Shown one piece after another: positions 37,690-51,517 of a DNA stretch of 64,000 nucleotides (the first letter of the stretch is position 1; every line of letters starts with the position of its first letter). The position numbers and the translations under genes are program-made. The notes under the pieces are model-generated. The model saw only the letters and a list, made by a program, of their open reading frames with translations, had not been told where the DNA came from and did not search any database. Origin of the DNA: Octopus vulgaris (lineage: Eukaryota); the NCBI GenBank assembly GCA_951406725.2, contig OX597815.1:108314001-108378000 (forward strand). The letters are read 5' to 3'.

Positions 37690-38452
37690 ACGTAGGCTTG
37701 AAAGAAACGAAGCTAGTATGATAAGCTGGATGTGTAATGTCAGTGTGCACACATGAGTGAGTGTAAGCACCCTGAGAGAAATGTTGGACATAAGAAACAT
37801 CAGATATGGTGTGCAAGAGAGATGACTGCACTAGCATGGTCATGTGCTGCATATGGATGAGGAGATCTGTGTGAAGAAGTGTCACTCCTAACAGTGGAAG
37901 GAACCCATGGAAGGGGGAGATCCAGGAAGACATCGAACGTTCGGCCTCACAGAAGCAATAGCAAAAGATTGAGAACTCTGGAGATATGCTGTGATTGATA
38001 AGACCCGGCAAGTAAAGTGACATCATTGCCATAGCCTATACAAGTGTGGTATAACCAGCCCATTTAAAAAGTACCTTTGAATTATTGGGTGACACACCGT
38101 GCTTGAGGAGACCTAATGAGTCATGTAAAATCAAAATTAAAATCAAAATCAAAAATCAATGCCAGTGTACCATTCATGCATGGATCATTGTCAGTGCCGC
38201 CTGACTAGCTCCCCGTGCTGGTGGAATCTAAAAAGCACCATCCAAACATGGCCGATGCCAGTGCTGCCTGCTGGAGGCACATAAAAAGCACCCACTACAC
38301 TCTCGGAGTGGTTGGCATTAGGAAGGGCATCCAGCAGTAGAAACATTGCCAGATCAGATTGGAGCCTAGCATGATCTCTTAGCTTGCCAAACCCCAGTCA
38401 AATCATCCAACCCATGCCAGCATGAAAACCGGACATTAAACGATGAGGATGA
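37690..38452 (+). mobile_element. RTE LINE 3' end
   Basis: Homologous to 21560-22485 (GAAACGAAGCTAGTATG...TGTAATGTCAGTGTGC and the shared tail). Confidence 0.8.
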
Positions 38453-38458
38453 TACATA

Positions 38459-38508
<50 letters not shown>

Positions 38509-38549
38509 CACATACACTCACACACACACACACACACACACACATGTAT

Positions 38550-38582
<33 letters not shown>

Positions 38583-39130
38583 TATAAAGAATCACCTGAT
38601 GGATTGTTCAATCCAATCCAACCAGCAAAGACCTAGGAGTAAATCAAGAAGTGATGATTGGATAATATCCATAGTCTCAGTTGGTCATACTTAAGAGCCA
38701 AGCTGGAAAGTATAACGATGGTTGGTCTTGATATGATCCTATGGAAAAGCATCTGAGGACACTACCCAAACAACCCTTCCAGGAATAGTACACAAAAATA
38801 TGAAGATATATATAGCCGTAGAAACACTGCCAAATCTGACTGGGCCTGATGAAGCCTTCCAGCTTCACAGACCCCAGTTAAACCGTCCAACCCATGCTAG
38901 CATGGAAAACGGACGCTAAATGATGATGATGATGATATATGACTAAACAGGCTTTTACTGTCTCTTCATAAGCTCGTCTCCTTAAACGTTCAGAATAATT
39001 TTCTATTGTCTTGGCTTAACAGCCCTCATCGTTTGTTTTTACTGTCTTGTTCTCACTGTCCTGTTCTTATTACCACTTTCACCCTTCTTAAAAAATCCCA
39101 AATTTTATTTAATTTGCTTTGTGGGAAGGA

Positions 39131-39206
39131 TTGTTTCAATGAAGTCACGTCTTGTCTTTGCCTTCGAAACGTGGAGTAGTTGAAACAGGGAAAACTGATG
39201 AAGGGG
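39131..39206 (+). ncRNA. Putative permuted hammerhead ribozyme, copy 3 (GUC triplet)
   Basis: UUGUUUCAAU-GAAGU-CACG-UC-UUGUCU-UUGC-CUUC-GAAA-CGUG-GAGUA-GUUGAAACAG-GGAAAA-CUGAUGA-A-GGGG. Confidence 0.5.
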
Positions 39207-39307
39207 AATATTCTTTACATTGTATGTCTTGTTTCTCTGTTTTTTTCATTGTTCCTAAAAAAGTTTGTTTCAATGTTTTTGTTTTTATGTTTTCGTATCT
39301 CATTGTG

Positions 39308-39747
39308 CCGGTGGCACGTAAAAGCACCATCCGTTTGTGGCCGTTGTCAGCCTTGCCTGGCCCCTGTGCTGGTGGCACGTAAAAAGCACCATCCGTTCGT
39401 GGCCGTTGCTAGCGCCGCCCCGACTGGCCTCCGTGCCGGTGGCACGTAAAAGCACCATCCGTTCGTGTCCATTGCCAGCCTTGCCTGGCCCCCGTGCCGG
39501 TGGCACGTAAAAGCACCATCCGATCGTGGCCGTTTGCCAGCACCGTCTGGCACCTGTGTGGGTGGCACGTAAAAAGCACCCACTACACTTGCGGAGTGGT
39601 TGGCGTTAGGAAGGGCATCCAGCCGTAGAAACACTGCCAGATCAGACTGGGCCTGATGCAGCCTTCTGGCTTCACAGACCCCAGTTGAACCGTCCAACCC
39701 ATGCTAGCGTGGAAAACGGACGCTAAATGATGATGATGATGATGATG
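39308..39747 (+). mobile_element. RTE 3' tail insertion with ATTGTG target-site duplication
   Basis: ATTGTG at 39302-39307 and 39748-39753. Five ~62-70-bp GGTGGCACGTAAAAGCACC subrepeats and a (GAT)n tail. Confidence 0.85.
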
Positions 39748-39962
39748 ATTGTGTTCAACGTTTTTTTGATGTCCTGTACCCATATATGCATGTATATATA
39801 CATATATATGTAGGTATGTACATATATGTATGTATGCAAATATTTATATATTATTTATAAGATGGAGATGGGATCTCACTCGCACAAACACATACAAGAC
39901 ACACACACACACGCACACACACACACACACAACCCAACACTCATACATGCATTCGCACACAT

Positions 39963-40042
<80 letters not shown>

Positions 40043-40155
40043 AATATTGATTGCTAGCTAACTAGATAGAATTCTATAGAATATATGAGTGTATGTGTAT
40101 GTTTATATAGAGATACACACGTATATATATGCATACATATTTATGCATCTATATA

Positions 40156-41408
40156 TTGGATCAGCCCATAAATAATGTTTTTTTTATACTTCTTTTATTT
40201 TTCAAAATTAAGATAAACAAAGTTCTTTTGTAATTTGAAATATACTCTTCTTTATTTTCTGCAATGCTCTTCCATCTATCTGGTAGACTTGCACAGCCCA
40301 TCTTCCAAAATTCAGTTGTCTGTGATGAAAAATACTCCTCCAGTACTGTTCTGACCTTGTCTATAGAATTTATATTTTTTCCATTAAAATGATTTTGATA
40401 ACTGCAGAATAAATGATAATCAGATGGGGCAATGTCTGGCGAATATGGTGGGCGGGGCATCGCTTCCCATTCAAGCTGCTCCAGCTTTTGGAATGTCATC
40501 TTTGCTGTATGTGGCTGAGCATTACCCTGATGGACGAACACCTTTCATCTCGAAACCAAAGATGTTTGCTTTTCTTCTAATTCTGACGTAAGCTGCTGAA
40601 GCTGCTCACAGTAGATCTCTTTTGTTATCATTTAGTTTGGGTTTGAAAATTCAAAGTGGACTAAACCTTTCATATCTCTCCAAACAGATAACAACACCTT
40701 ATGTGGGTGAAGACCTTCTTTAGCCTGGGGTGCCGATGTTTCTCTTTTCTTTACCCGCTGTCTTCTGTGCTTGACATGTTTATAGAGAAGCCATTTCTTG
40801 TCACCAGTCACTATTCAGTCAAAAAAAGATTCATTCATGAGATGTGACAACAAAGAAGAGCACACTTCACTCTTTGTGGGCAATTAGACTTGGAAATTTT
40901 GCAGGAAATCATTGACCCAATTTGCTGACTTTTCTGATGGCATGCAGGTGTGGATGAATGGTTGAATGATCAAATCCAGTCTTCTCTGCTAGCTCCTCAA
41001 CAGTTATGATAGGATTTTGTTCCACCAAGGAATCCTTGTTGAATTCTACAAATCTTCCAGGATGAGACTTGTCTTCTAGACTGTAGTTTCCAGCTTGGAA
41101 TTTCTGGAGCCACCTTTGACACTGGCTTATGCTTATTGTCCAATCCCCATATACTGCATTAATATTCCTCACACTTTACATTGCATTGTGGCCTTTATTG
41201 AACTCATAAAGCAAAATATGCTGAAAATGTTCCTTTGTCGCTTCCATTATATCCTTGAAAAAATAACTGTTAAAATTGAACTACACTCTTCAAGGCACAA
41301 GATAAAATTACTACCTGCTTTTATAGCAAATTGATGTAGATGATCTATCCCATCCGGCTTTTAATTCACGCAATTGAAAAAAAACGCATTATTTATGGGA
41401 TGATCCAA
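40156..41408 (-). mobile_element. Full-length (1253 bp) decayed mariner (DD34D) element
   Basis: TIRs TTGGATCAGCCCATAAATAATG and CATTATTTATGGGATGATCCAA, with TA on the left. ORFs contain PPYSPDIAPSDYHLF and the HTH region (CQRWLQKFQAG...TVEELAE). Confidence 0.92.
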
Positions 41409-41999
41409 CATATTTCAGCCAATATATTCATTCACTCAAAAACTTCGATGGAGTGTTGCATACATATATCTACAAATGCACATGCATCGATACATGCATA
41501 CAAATACACACACAAACACACAAAATTGCATATAATAATATATGCAAGTACATAAGTGTGTATATGTGTTTGTGTGTATGTTCACATGACATGTTAATAC
41601 ATGCATAATGATAAAAAGAGACAAACGTTGCGGACTTGTCTGAAATGACATCTACACTGCTGTACTAACGACACTGTCAGACTTCATATCTAACATTATT
41701 ATCATGAAGTTAAGGTATTAATATTTATTCATTCTATGCATTTACATGACAGATGTAATTAAGGGCTTGACCTTTTACCATCCCCTAATTAGGTGTCAGT
41801 ACATTTCAATTAAAAATAAATGCTAATGAAATTTGTCATGAATAAACAATTCCTGGGGGCTTTGATTGTATTGTATGAAAGGAATGAAACTTGATGTAGC
41901 AAGGAACGATGATATATCTTTGGCAGGATTTGGCTCACTGGGTGTTGTACTCCTGTTTCATTGTAGCATACATTTATATTCATGATTAGGTATGTACTG

Positions 42000-42980
42000 T
42001 CCTCCTCCTCCTCACCACCACCACCACCATCATCATCACCATCGTCATCACCATCGTTGTTGTCGTCGTCGTCATCATCATCATCATCATCACTTAACGT
42101 CCATTTTCCTCGTTGACATGGAGCTGGTAAGGCCAGGTTCCACACCAGGCTCCATTGTCTGCTCTGGCATGTTTGGTATGGCTCGATGCCCTTCTTAATG
42201 CCAACCACTCCACTGAGTGCACAGGGTGCATTTTACATGGCACCAATAGCAGTTCTTTTTATGTGACAAAGACACCGGAATTAATTCTTAGGCAAGTAAG
42301 TCTTCCTGAGCACACACACACACATATATATGTATATATATCATTATCATCATCATTTAACGTTCGTTTTCCATGCTAGCATGGGTTCGATGGTTCGACC
42401 GGGGTCTGGTAAGCCATGGAGGCTACACCAGGCTCTAGTCTGATTTGGCAGTGTTCTGCAGCTGGATGCCCTTCGTAACGCTAACCACTCCATGAGTGTA
42501 GTGGGTGTTTTTTATGTGCCACCGGCACAGGAGCCAGAGCAGGCTGGCAAACGGCCATGATCGGTTGGTGCTTTAATGTGTCACCGACATGGACGCCAGT
42601 CAAGCGATGCTAGTATCTGCCACGTTTGGACGGTGCTTTTTACATGTCACCAGCACGGGTGTCTTAACCACAATTTCCATTTGAATTTTTATTTTGATGT
42701 TGACGAACTTGACTCAACAGGTCTCCTCAAGAACAGCGGGTCACTCTACATTCCAATGTTAGCACAGCAGGCCGTCCTGCGAGCATGAACTCACTTCATT
42801 TGTTGGGTCTTCGAATCCTCAAGAACAGCGAGTCACTCTACGATCCAAGGTTAGCACAGCAGGCCGTCCTGCAAGCCATGAACTCACATCATTTGTCAGG
42901 TCTTCGAAGTCACAGCATATCTCCAGAGGTCTTGGCCTTTTGTCATAGCCTCTGTGAGGCTCAAAGTACGAAGGTCATAT
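42000..42980 (-). mobile_element. Two adjacent RTE 3' tails with (CAT)n
   Basis: TTAACGTCCATTTTCC at ~42094 and TTAACGTTCGTTTTCCATGCTAGC at ~42357. An internal ~115-bp duplication lies at 42720-42900. Confidence 0.75.
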
Positions 42981-43044
42981 ATATATGTATATATGTATAT
43001 ATAAATACACACATGTATGTTTATGTGTATGAGTGTGTATATAA

Positions 43045-43425
43045 ATCTTTTACCTGTTTCAGTCACTGGACAGCTGCAATTGTAAAGAGGTGCTTTGAAA
43101 TATTTAGTCAAACAAATTGACCTTGGTACTTATTTTAAGTCTAGTACTTATTCTATCAATCACTTTTGTTGAACAGCTAAGTCACAGAGATGAAAACAAA
43201 CTAGCACTTGTTTTCAAGTGTTTGGAGAGACAAGCACAAACACAGACTCACACACACACACACACTCACACATGAACACTCTAACACATACATACACATA
43301 TCATATACCCTTCCCACTCTCATATGTACGATGGGCTTCCAAACAGTCTCTGTTTACCGAATTCACTCACAGGGTTTTGGTTGGCATGCAGTTACAGTAG
43401 AAGACACTTGCCTAAAGTACCACAA
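43045..43425 (-). mobile_element. SINE family A (decayed)
   Basis: TTTACCTGTTTCAGTCA...GTAGAAGACACTTGCC. Confidence 0.6.
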
Positions 43426-44039
43426 TATATATGTGTATGTATGTGGTGTGTGTGACTATGGTGCATGTGTGAGCATGTGTGAGCGTGTGTGTGTGTGTGC
43501 TTGTATGTGTGTGTATGTGTGTGTGCGTGTGTGCATGTGTGTGTATGTTTATGTGAAAGATCAAAGTTTTAGTAAGTTGAAAGATGATGCTCTCTCATCA
43601 GGGAAATGGCTGTATTGGACATGCATAAAACATGCAAGGAGACATTCTATATAGTCTACTCAGTGTAAACTAGGGATGCACAACAGCCATAGTGATATTA
43701 CAATTAAGCTAACAGAGGAGGTAGACTTTGTATAAGTCTATGCACCTGACTAATATGCAAAATAAATTTTCCTAAATGCTTAAAAGATCAGTAGATAAAT
43801 TGAGCAACTTCTATTACCCAGGTGGCCTAATTAGGAGTGCAGGTGGCTATATTGCAGGTATATATGGAGAGGATTACATCTGGCATAAAGGGGCTTTCTC
43901 TCTCTGACTGAAGGGCAGACGTTATGATATTAAGCCCTAAAAAGTAAGACCAAAAAAATGTATATGTAAATGTTGTAGCATCTAAATGCAGATGATTTAC
44001 GGTGGCTGGATAGAAAGTAGATAATCATGCTCCACTGGA

Positions 44040-44662
44040 TCATCATCATCATCATCATCATCTTTTAACGTCCGTTTTCCATGCTGGCATGTGTTGGACG
44101 GTTTGACTGGGGTCTAGGAAGCTAGGAGGCAGCACCAGGCCTCAATCTGATCTGGCAGTGTTTTTACAGCTGCATGCCCTTCCTATCACCAACCACTCTG
44201 AGCGTGTCATGGGTGCTTTTTACGTGCCACCAGCACAGGGGCCAGAGGAGCTGGCATCGACCACAATCGGATGGTGCTTTTTATGTGCCACCGGCATGGA
44301 AGCCAGTCAAAGTGGCCCTGGCTTTGGCCACATTTGGATGTTGCTTTTTACATACTACCAGCATGGGGCTCACAACTACAATTTCCATTTGATTTGATTT
44401 TGATATTGCTGATGTTGACGTACTTGACTCAATAGGCATATTCAAGCATGGCATGTCACCCTACGATCCAAGATACTTTTGAGTAGGCAGGTTATGCGAC
44501 CCTGGTGTAGGTTACAGCTGTGAACTCACTTTATTTGCCGGGTCTTTTCAGTCACAGCATACCTCCAGAGGTCTCGGTCTTTTGTCATTGCATCTGTGAA
44601 ACCCAACATTCAAAGTTCATGTGTTACCACTTCATCCCATGTCTTCAGCAGTCACAGCCCAT
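44040..44662 (-). mobile_element. RTE 3' end
   Basis: (CAT)n-TTTAACGTCCGTTTTCCATGC followed by the shared UTR. Confidence 0.8.
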
Positions 44663-44999
44663 GGATGGAAAATGATAATGTGAATAAACATCAAAAGACA
44701 AATGAGCTGGAAGAAAAAGCTGAAGATAAGAAGAATCAGCTATGGTGTGGTATTTAAGGGAGAAAACTCCACTAGTGTGGGGACACTATACATACAAACG
44801 ATATCAATTGTACAAAAATGCTGTGATTTTGAGGTGTATGGAACCTGTGGAACAAGGAGACTGGGAAAGAAGCGGGACCTTAAAGTGGTGGTTAAAAGAA
44901 CTATGAGGAATAATGAAGTGCAATACTAGAGAAGAGATGTCCACCAGTGCAAATATAGCAAAACAGTTGTTAATAATAATGGTGAGGGTAAGACAGCAA

Positions 45000-45212
45000 G
45001 GCGGCAAGCTGGCAGAACAGTAAGCATGCCAGGTAAAATGCTTAGCAGCATTTCATCCATCATTACATCTTGAGTTCAGATTCTGCTGAGGTTGACTTTA
45101 TCTTTCATTTTTCATGGTTGGTAAAATAAGAACCAGTTAAACACTGGGGTACAGCTAATCGGCTTACCCCCTCCCCCAAAGTTGTTGACCTTGAGCCAAA
45201 ATTTGAAACCAA
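45000..45212 (+). mobile_element. SINE family B
   Basis: GGCAAGCTGGCAGAAC...TGAGTTCAGATTCTGCTGAGGTTGACTTT...CCAAAATTTGAAACC. Confidence 0.7.
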
Positions 45213-46709
45213 TGTAAGGGTGAGGGCAATGAAGTTTATAATATATATTACTGGGTTTCTTTACCCAATGTACATTTTTTTTACAACCCTATTTAATGAC
45301 TTATTCATTAGCTTCTTATCTTCTGTCTTCTTCATTGTGTCATGCCCACCTATGTAATAAAAGATAGCATCTGATTTGTCTGCACTTACAGCCTTTCATT
45401 GTCATCTATTATCATTATTACCCTACAACTCTCGTTATCCATATCCCACAACTCTATTTCTTCTTTCCTCTCCTTTCGGCCCCGACACCAGTGTGAAAAG
45501 GAAAAGCAATGGATCTGTCCATATTCAGTAAAGTATTCTGTCACCTCTTATTGCAAACAATAATTCTCCCATCACCCTATATCACTTAGTTAACATCTGC
45601 ATTTTAAATAATCCAGATGATTGGGGGTTCCCTGTGCTTGAGAAGACCTGTCCATTTCAGTAAATAAATAGACCCTAAAAGCATATCATTTATGTCAACG
45701 TCCTTGCACCCAATCTGTCACTGTCAAGCCTTCCTCATAATTAATGTTCTGAACATCCATCCCTCAATTGCGCTTCTAACTATGACACTATTTATATAAT
45801 TAAATGACAGCAAAACTGCACATATTTCATTACCATTTTTTCCACCACTTATCACTCTCCTTGGGACCATTTTCCTTTGTCATCTACCTTCATTCTCAAT
45901 ATCTACCCTTACTACTTCATCTCTACTGAATGCTTTTCTCCCTTGAAGACACTCTCATATCTACATTTGATGGCTCCCACCTTAGCCCGTCACTCACTAT
46001 ATCCAACCCTACGTTCCTCTGACTTCCACCTCTATCACTGTATGTCCCTCTCTCCCCACCCATTTCATATCATTTCCTTACTTCTATAGTCTTATGCCAC
46101 TGTTCTACACCCTCACTCACCATTCCCTCCTCCCTGTGCCACTCCTATTTCATTTTTTCCCCACCAAACTGATATTCACCATTTACCATATCTCTACCCA
46201 TGTTCCCCACTCACTGAACTATCTTCTTCCTCATCTCTAACCATTTGCCACTCCCCTTGCAGACTTACATACTCATTCCCTTTTCTTTCTCTAATCTCTT
46301 TTATATTCATATCCCTGACACTTCATCACCATCTTTAACCTCTTTCCAGTTTGGGTAACCATGAATCTCCTCACCTGTTTCTATTCTCTCATATTTTAAA
46401 TTTACAACACCTGATACAAAGTCATTTGCTTTAATATCACTCCACCCCCATTTGATGACCTCACTAGTACTGGTACCACAAAATTTGCCCTCAGCACATT
46501 CTGTAAAGTGGTTGGCATTAAGAAGGGCATCCAGCCATGGAGACCACATCAAAGCAAGTATTGGAATCTGATGTAATCCTCTGCATTGAATTCTGTTAAA
46601 TTGTCTTGGAAAAGGGTTGTTAAATGATGATGATGGTGGTGGTGGTGGTGGTGGTGGGAATGACGATAGTGATCATGATAATGATGATGATGATGATGAT
46701 TATATCTAT

Positions 46710-46912
46710 ACAGGAGTGGCTGGGTAGTAAGAAGCTTTCTTCCCAACCACATGGTTCCGGGTTTAGTCCCACTGCATGGCACCTTGGGCAAGTGTCTTCT
46801 ACTATAACTACTAGCCCTTATCCTAACCCTGGGCCAACCAAAGCTTTGTGAGTGGATTTGGTAGATGGAAACTGAAAGAAACCCATCATGTATATATATA
46901 CATACATACATG

Positions 46913-46947
<35 letters not shown>

Positions 46948-47512
46948 CATATATGGGCGTGTGTGTGTATGAGTGCATAAGGGCATGTCCGTATATGAAC
47001 GTGGTTTTTATGCTTTGTATACTTCCTTATGTTTTTTGCTGTTACCTTTAACCATGGTTTTTCTTGTGCTTGTGCGTATATAGACGTACGTATGAACTTT
47101 TACGGTATGCGCGTGTGTGTGTATGAGTTTGTATATATATATGTGTATATATCTGGCGAAAAATGCGAATGAAGATGTGTACGTTTTCATAGTGACGTAT
47201 AAGTACGCAGGTGGGTCCGCAAGCGCACATGTGAGTGTATGACTAGTCATGTTTACGTGTTGACTTTTAATTTTATAGAAGTAGCAGAATTATAACATAG
47301 TAATTTCCCTTTATATAATGGTATTTTTTCATAGCGTTTTTTCAGATGGCCAGATAACCGAAGAGATGGTGTTGTGGATTTCCACTTTGGCATCTGAAAC
47401 TCAGTTTTATCTTGACTATTGAGTAATTGCAACATATTATTTTATAGACTTATTTCCTCTATTTACATAATATTGAGGTCACTTTCTTTCTTTTGTTATC
47501 TTACCGTTTTTA

Positions 47513-47585
<73 letters not shown>

Positions 47586-47795
47586 GTGTTTTTATTTGCC
47601 CCCCTCCCCCCAATATTGCTTGATAACCGATGTTGGTGTGTTTACGTCCCTTAACTTAGTGGTTCAGCAAAAGAAGTAAGTATTAGGCTTACAAAGAATA
47701 AGTCCTGGAGTTGATTTGATTGACTAAAGGTGGTACTCCAGCATGGCCACAGTCAAATGACTGAAACAAGTAAAAGAATAAAAGAATAAAAGAAT
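46710..47795 (+). mobile_element. SINE family A head (46710-46890) and tail (47580-47795) separated by microsatellites and ~500 bp of other sequence
   Basis: Head CAGGAGTGGCTG..GGTTCCGGGTTTAGTCCC..GGCACCTTGGGCAAGTG; tail GGTGTGTTTACGTCCC..ATGACTGAAACAAGTAAAAGA. Confidence 0.65.
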
Positions 47796-49973
47796 ATATG
47801 TGTTTGTATGTATAAAACAACCCCCTAGTATTATTGAAGAAACTTTGCTCAATTCAAATTATTCCAGATAGATCTAACAATATAATCCCATGTCACTCAT
47901 TGTAGTTACTGAGTTGGTCCTTGAGGAAGTTACGAAGTCATGTATTGCTTTGTGATTGTTACCCTATAAATGATCTGCTGAAATTTGATCTCATAAACTA
48001 CCTATTTCCCTACATTAAGCCTGCAATTAACTTCCTATGACCATTATAATAGAAATCCAACCTTGAGAAGCACTAGTGAAAGAAATTGATAAAATTAAAC
48101 GAATGCTAGTCAGTAAGAGAAATATAAATGATTTAGTACATCAAACTATACAATGATGCAAAAACAAATTCAACACAATAAATGCAACAGATAACTTCTG
48201 TCAGCAAAAGCAAACATAATGGTCTAAAATGCACCATTACTATAGAATAAATGAACACATAAACAACTCACCAAATGGAACACAACATACATTAGACTTA
48301 ATCATAACTAGCATTTATAATACATGACAAAACCACTAAAAAATCTTCTCATCATCAACTACAAACTACAAGCATGCTAATTTCTGAATAAACTTCAGAT
48401 GACTAATGTAATTTATAGATTCATAAACAAACATGGTAGTTGTGAATTTCATGAAGTAAATAGTTACATTGGACTTTGAAGTAAAACAGTTTTATGCCTG
48501 CTGACCTTGCATCTACAACATAGAGCTGTTGCAATACAGCATAAAACAAAACTAGAATGAGAAACAATAACTGAGAATAGAACCATCTTATATTAAATTA
48601 CTCTCAAAGTTAGAAGTTTTGTAATGGAAAATATGGTGATATATGAGTCAAACATCAATGCACAAATATTATAGTTAGCAAGAAAATAAGATCAGAAAAT
48701 CATTTATTAATTACTGAAAGAAAGCTGAACAGTAAAATATTTAAAGAGGAAGTGTGACAGTTAAAGTAAATGCAGTTGCCAGAAGGGAAAGAAAAGGTCC
48801 AATGTTTTGACCTCAGGCCCTTCATCAAGGTAGAGAAGGGAGAATTCTGTGTACCATAAGTGAAATGTAGCTTCATTATATTTCATTTGCAGCATGTGGA
48901 ACTTGCTCATCTCTTCCTAAATTTCATTTGAAGTGTGTGATGCTCTCTCTTCTGTTCTTTGATAAAGCGACTGAACTTGAACTATTGGAATTTTATTTTA
49001 CTTACAGTAACTAGATTTATTTTAAGTAACTAAATCCGTATTCATAGATATCATGAATTTATTATAATAAAGAAATAAGAAAAATCAATGTTAAAATCTA
49101 AAACTGTGATATAGTTGTGTGTTCAATGAATAATCTTCAATAGAAAATCTATATTCATATATGCATTTACAGCTTCTATAATATAAAAGATATATGTATA
49201 TGTGTATGTGTAAGTGTGTGTGCACTACAAGTTTCTTTCACCTACAATCTTTCAAATCCTCTTACAAGGCTTTGGTTGGCTCAGGGATATAGTAAAACAC
49301 AGTAACTCAAGGTGTCATGCTGTGGGACTGATCCTGAGACCTGGTGGTTGGGAAGTAAACTTCTTAACCACACAACCACATCTCTATATTATACTTTGAT
49401 TGCAAGTGTAGAAGTATTGAACAATAAGTAGATAAGTCTTCATAAATGGTGAATCTAGAAGTGAATTCAGGTGTTGATAATAACTCGTAATACATTGGGT
49501 TTAAAACTCCTTCAGTTACAAAAGCTACCTGGACCATGTCCTGCAGGCATTGTTTTATAAGATACTATTTAAAACAGAATTCACTTTGAGATGCGTTCTT
49601 AATAAAGACCTATTTACACACACACGCAAGTACAACACACAAATACACAGACATACACAGATGTATATGAAAGTACATATGTATGTATATATATATATAA
49701 TTAATTAATAAGGGTGAGAGAATTAGATACTAATTTAATAGTATATCTATTCAACACCAAGTGGCCTAGTGCTCCGAGAAACCTGGATTATTATAATATT
49801 TTATAACATATTATAATATTTTTACAAAATAAATATAAGAGAGTGGTCACTATGTGGCTCACTCTAGCACCAGTTAATCCAAAAGGTTTCAACCACGAAA
49901 ATGCATGTTTCCCATGAAAGTCAGTACGATTGTTAGCTCACACGGACAGGGCAAATAAAAAATAACAAAAATA

Positions 49974-50068
49974 CAGATTATTTTGGGACAATTGTTTCGC
50001 TATTAATGAATTAAATGTAATTTTACTTACAAAAAATCCATTTGTAGCTCGTCAGCCAAAACTATCTG
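49974..50068 (-). ncRNA. Type I hammerhead ribozyme (intact core)
   Basis: UUUUGG-CUGACGA-GCUA...UAGC-GAAA-C-AAUU-G-UC-CCAAAA. Stems I and II pair; stem III is minimal and palindromic. Confidence 0.85.
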
Positions 50069-50982
50069 GATGAAATCCACTCAATCACACGCCAGATTTT
50101 ACCATAACGATAAATACGCGTGTGGTTCAATTGATTACATCCGACGTTATAATTCAAATGCCCCAACTAACAGCGCGCCAAACTTTCACGGAAAACAAAT
50201 ACAGCATTTAGAAATAAATGCAGCATAATTATAATTAATTAATAAGGGTGAGAGAATTAGATACTAATTTAATAGTATATCTATTCAACACCAAGTGGCC
50301 TAGTGCTCCGAGAAACCTGGATTATTATAATATTTTATAACATATTATAATATTTTTACAAAATAAATATAAGAGAGTGGTCACTATGTGGCTCACTCTA
50401 GCACCAGTTAATCCAAAAGGTTTCAACCACGAAAATGCATGTTTCCCATGAAAGTCAGTACGATTGTTAGCTCACACGGACAGGGCAAATAAAAAATAAC
50501 AAAAATACAGATTATTTTGGGACAATTGTTTCGCTAAAATAATCTGTATTTTTGTTATTTTTTATTTGCCCTGTCCGTGTGAGCTAACAATCGTACTGAC
50601 TTTCATGGGAAACATGCATTTTCGTGGTTGAAACCTTTTGGATTAACTGGTGCTAGATTGAGCCACATAGTGACCACTCTCTTATATTTATTTTGTAAAA
50701 ATATTATAATATGTTATAAAATATTATAATAATCCAGGTTTCTCGAACTAGGCCACTTGGTGTTGAATAGATATACTATTAAATTAGTATCTAATTCTCT
50801 CACCCTTATTAATTAATTATAATTATGCTGCATTTATTTCTAAATGCTGTATTTGTTTTCCGTGAAAGTTTGGCGCGCTGTTAGTTGGGGCATTTGAATT
50901 ATAACGTCGGATGTAATCAATTGAACCACACGCGTATTTATCGTTATGGTAAAATCTGGCGTGTGATTGAGTGGATTTCATC

Positions 50983-51077
50983 CAGATAGTTTTGGCTGAC
51001 AGCTACAAATGGATTTTTTTGTAAGTAAAATTACATTTAATTCATTAATAGCGAAACAATTGTCCCAAAATAATCTG
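50983..51077 (+). ncRNA. Type I hammerhead with a 1-nt core deletion (CUGAC-A)
   Basis: CTGACAGCTA at 50996 instead of CTGACGAGCTA; otherwise the same except for poly-U length. May be a consensus error. Confidence 0.6.
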
Positions 51078-51517
51078 TATTTTTGTTATTTTTTATTTGC
51101 CCTGTCCGTGTGAGCTAACAATCGTACTGACTTTCATGGGAAAACATGCATTTTCGTGGTTGAAACCTTTTGGATTAACTGGTGCTAGAGTGAGCCACAT
51201 AGTGACCACTCTCTTATATTTATTTTGTAAAAATATTATAATATGTTATAAAATATTATAATAATCCAGGTTTCTCGGAGCACTAGGCCACTTGGTGTTG
51301 AATAGATATACTATTAAATTAGTATCTAATTCTCTCACCCTTATTAATTAATTATAATTATGCTGCATTTATTTCTAAATGCTGTATTTGTTTTCCGTGA
51401 AAGTTTGGCGCGCTGTTAGTTGGGGCATTTGAATTATAACGTCGGATGTAATCAATTGAACCACACGCGTATTTATCGTTATGGTAAAATCTGGCGTGTG
51501 ATTGAGTGGATTTCATC

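Larger units (their letters stand above)
38940..39890 (+). mobile_element. Diverged homologue of the 14.7-15.9 kb Penelope-like repeat, interrupted by an RTE tail
   Basis: CCTTCGAAAC...CTGATGAAGGGGAATATTC, TTTTTATGTTTTCGT and TGTCCTGTAC match the reverse complement of 15500-15850. Confidence 0.7.

Noticed and set aside
47346-47422. Plus-strand exon candidate (acceptor TTTTTTCAG)
   Set aside because: Stops in all frames by the putative donor, and it lies between SINE halves.
48796-48830. Minimal hammerhead-like string UUGAUGA-AGGGCC..GGUC-AAAAC on the minus strand
   Set aside because: Both core motifs are mutated and the stems are poor. At most a relic.
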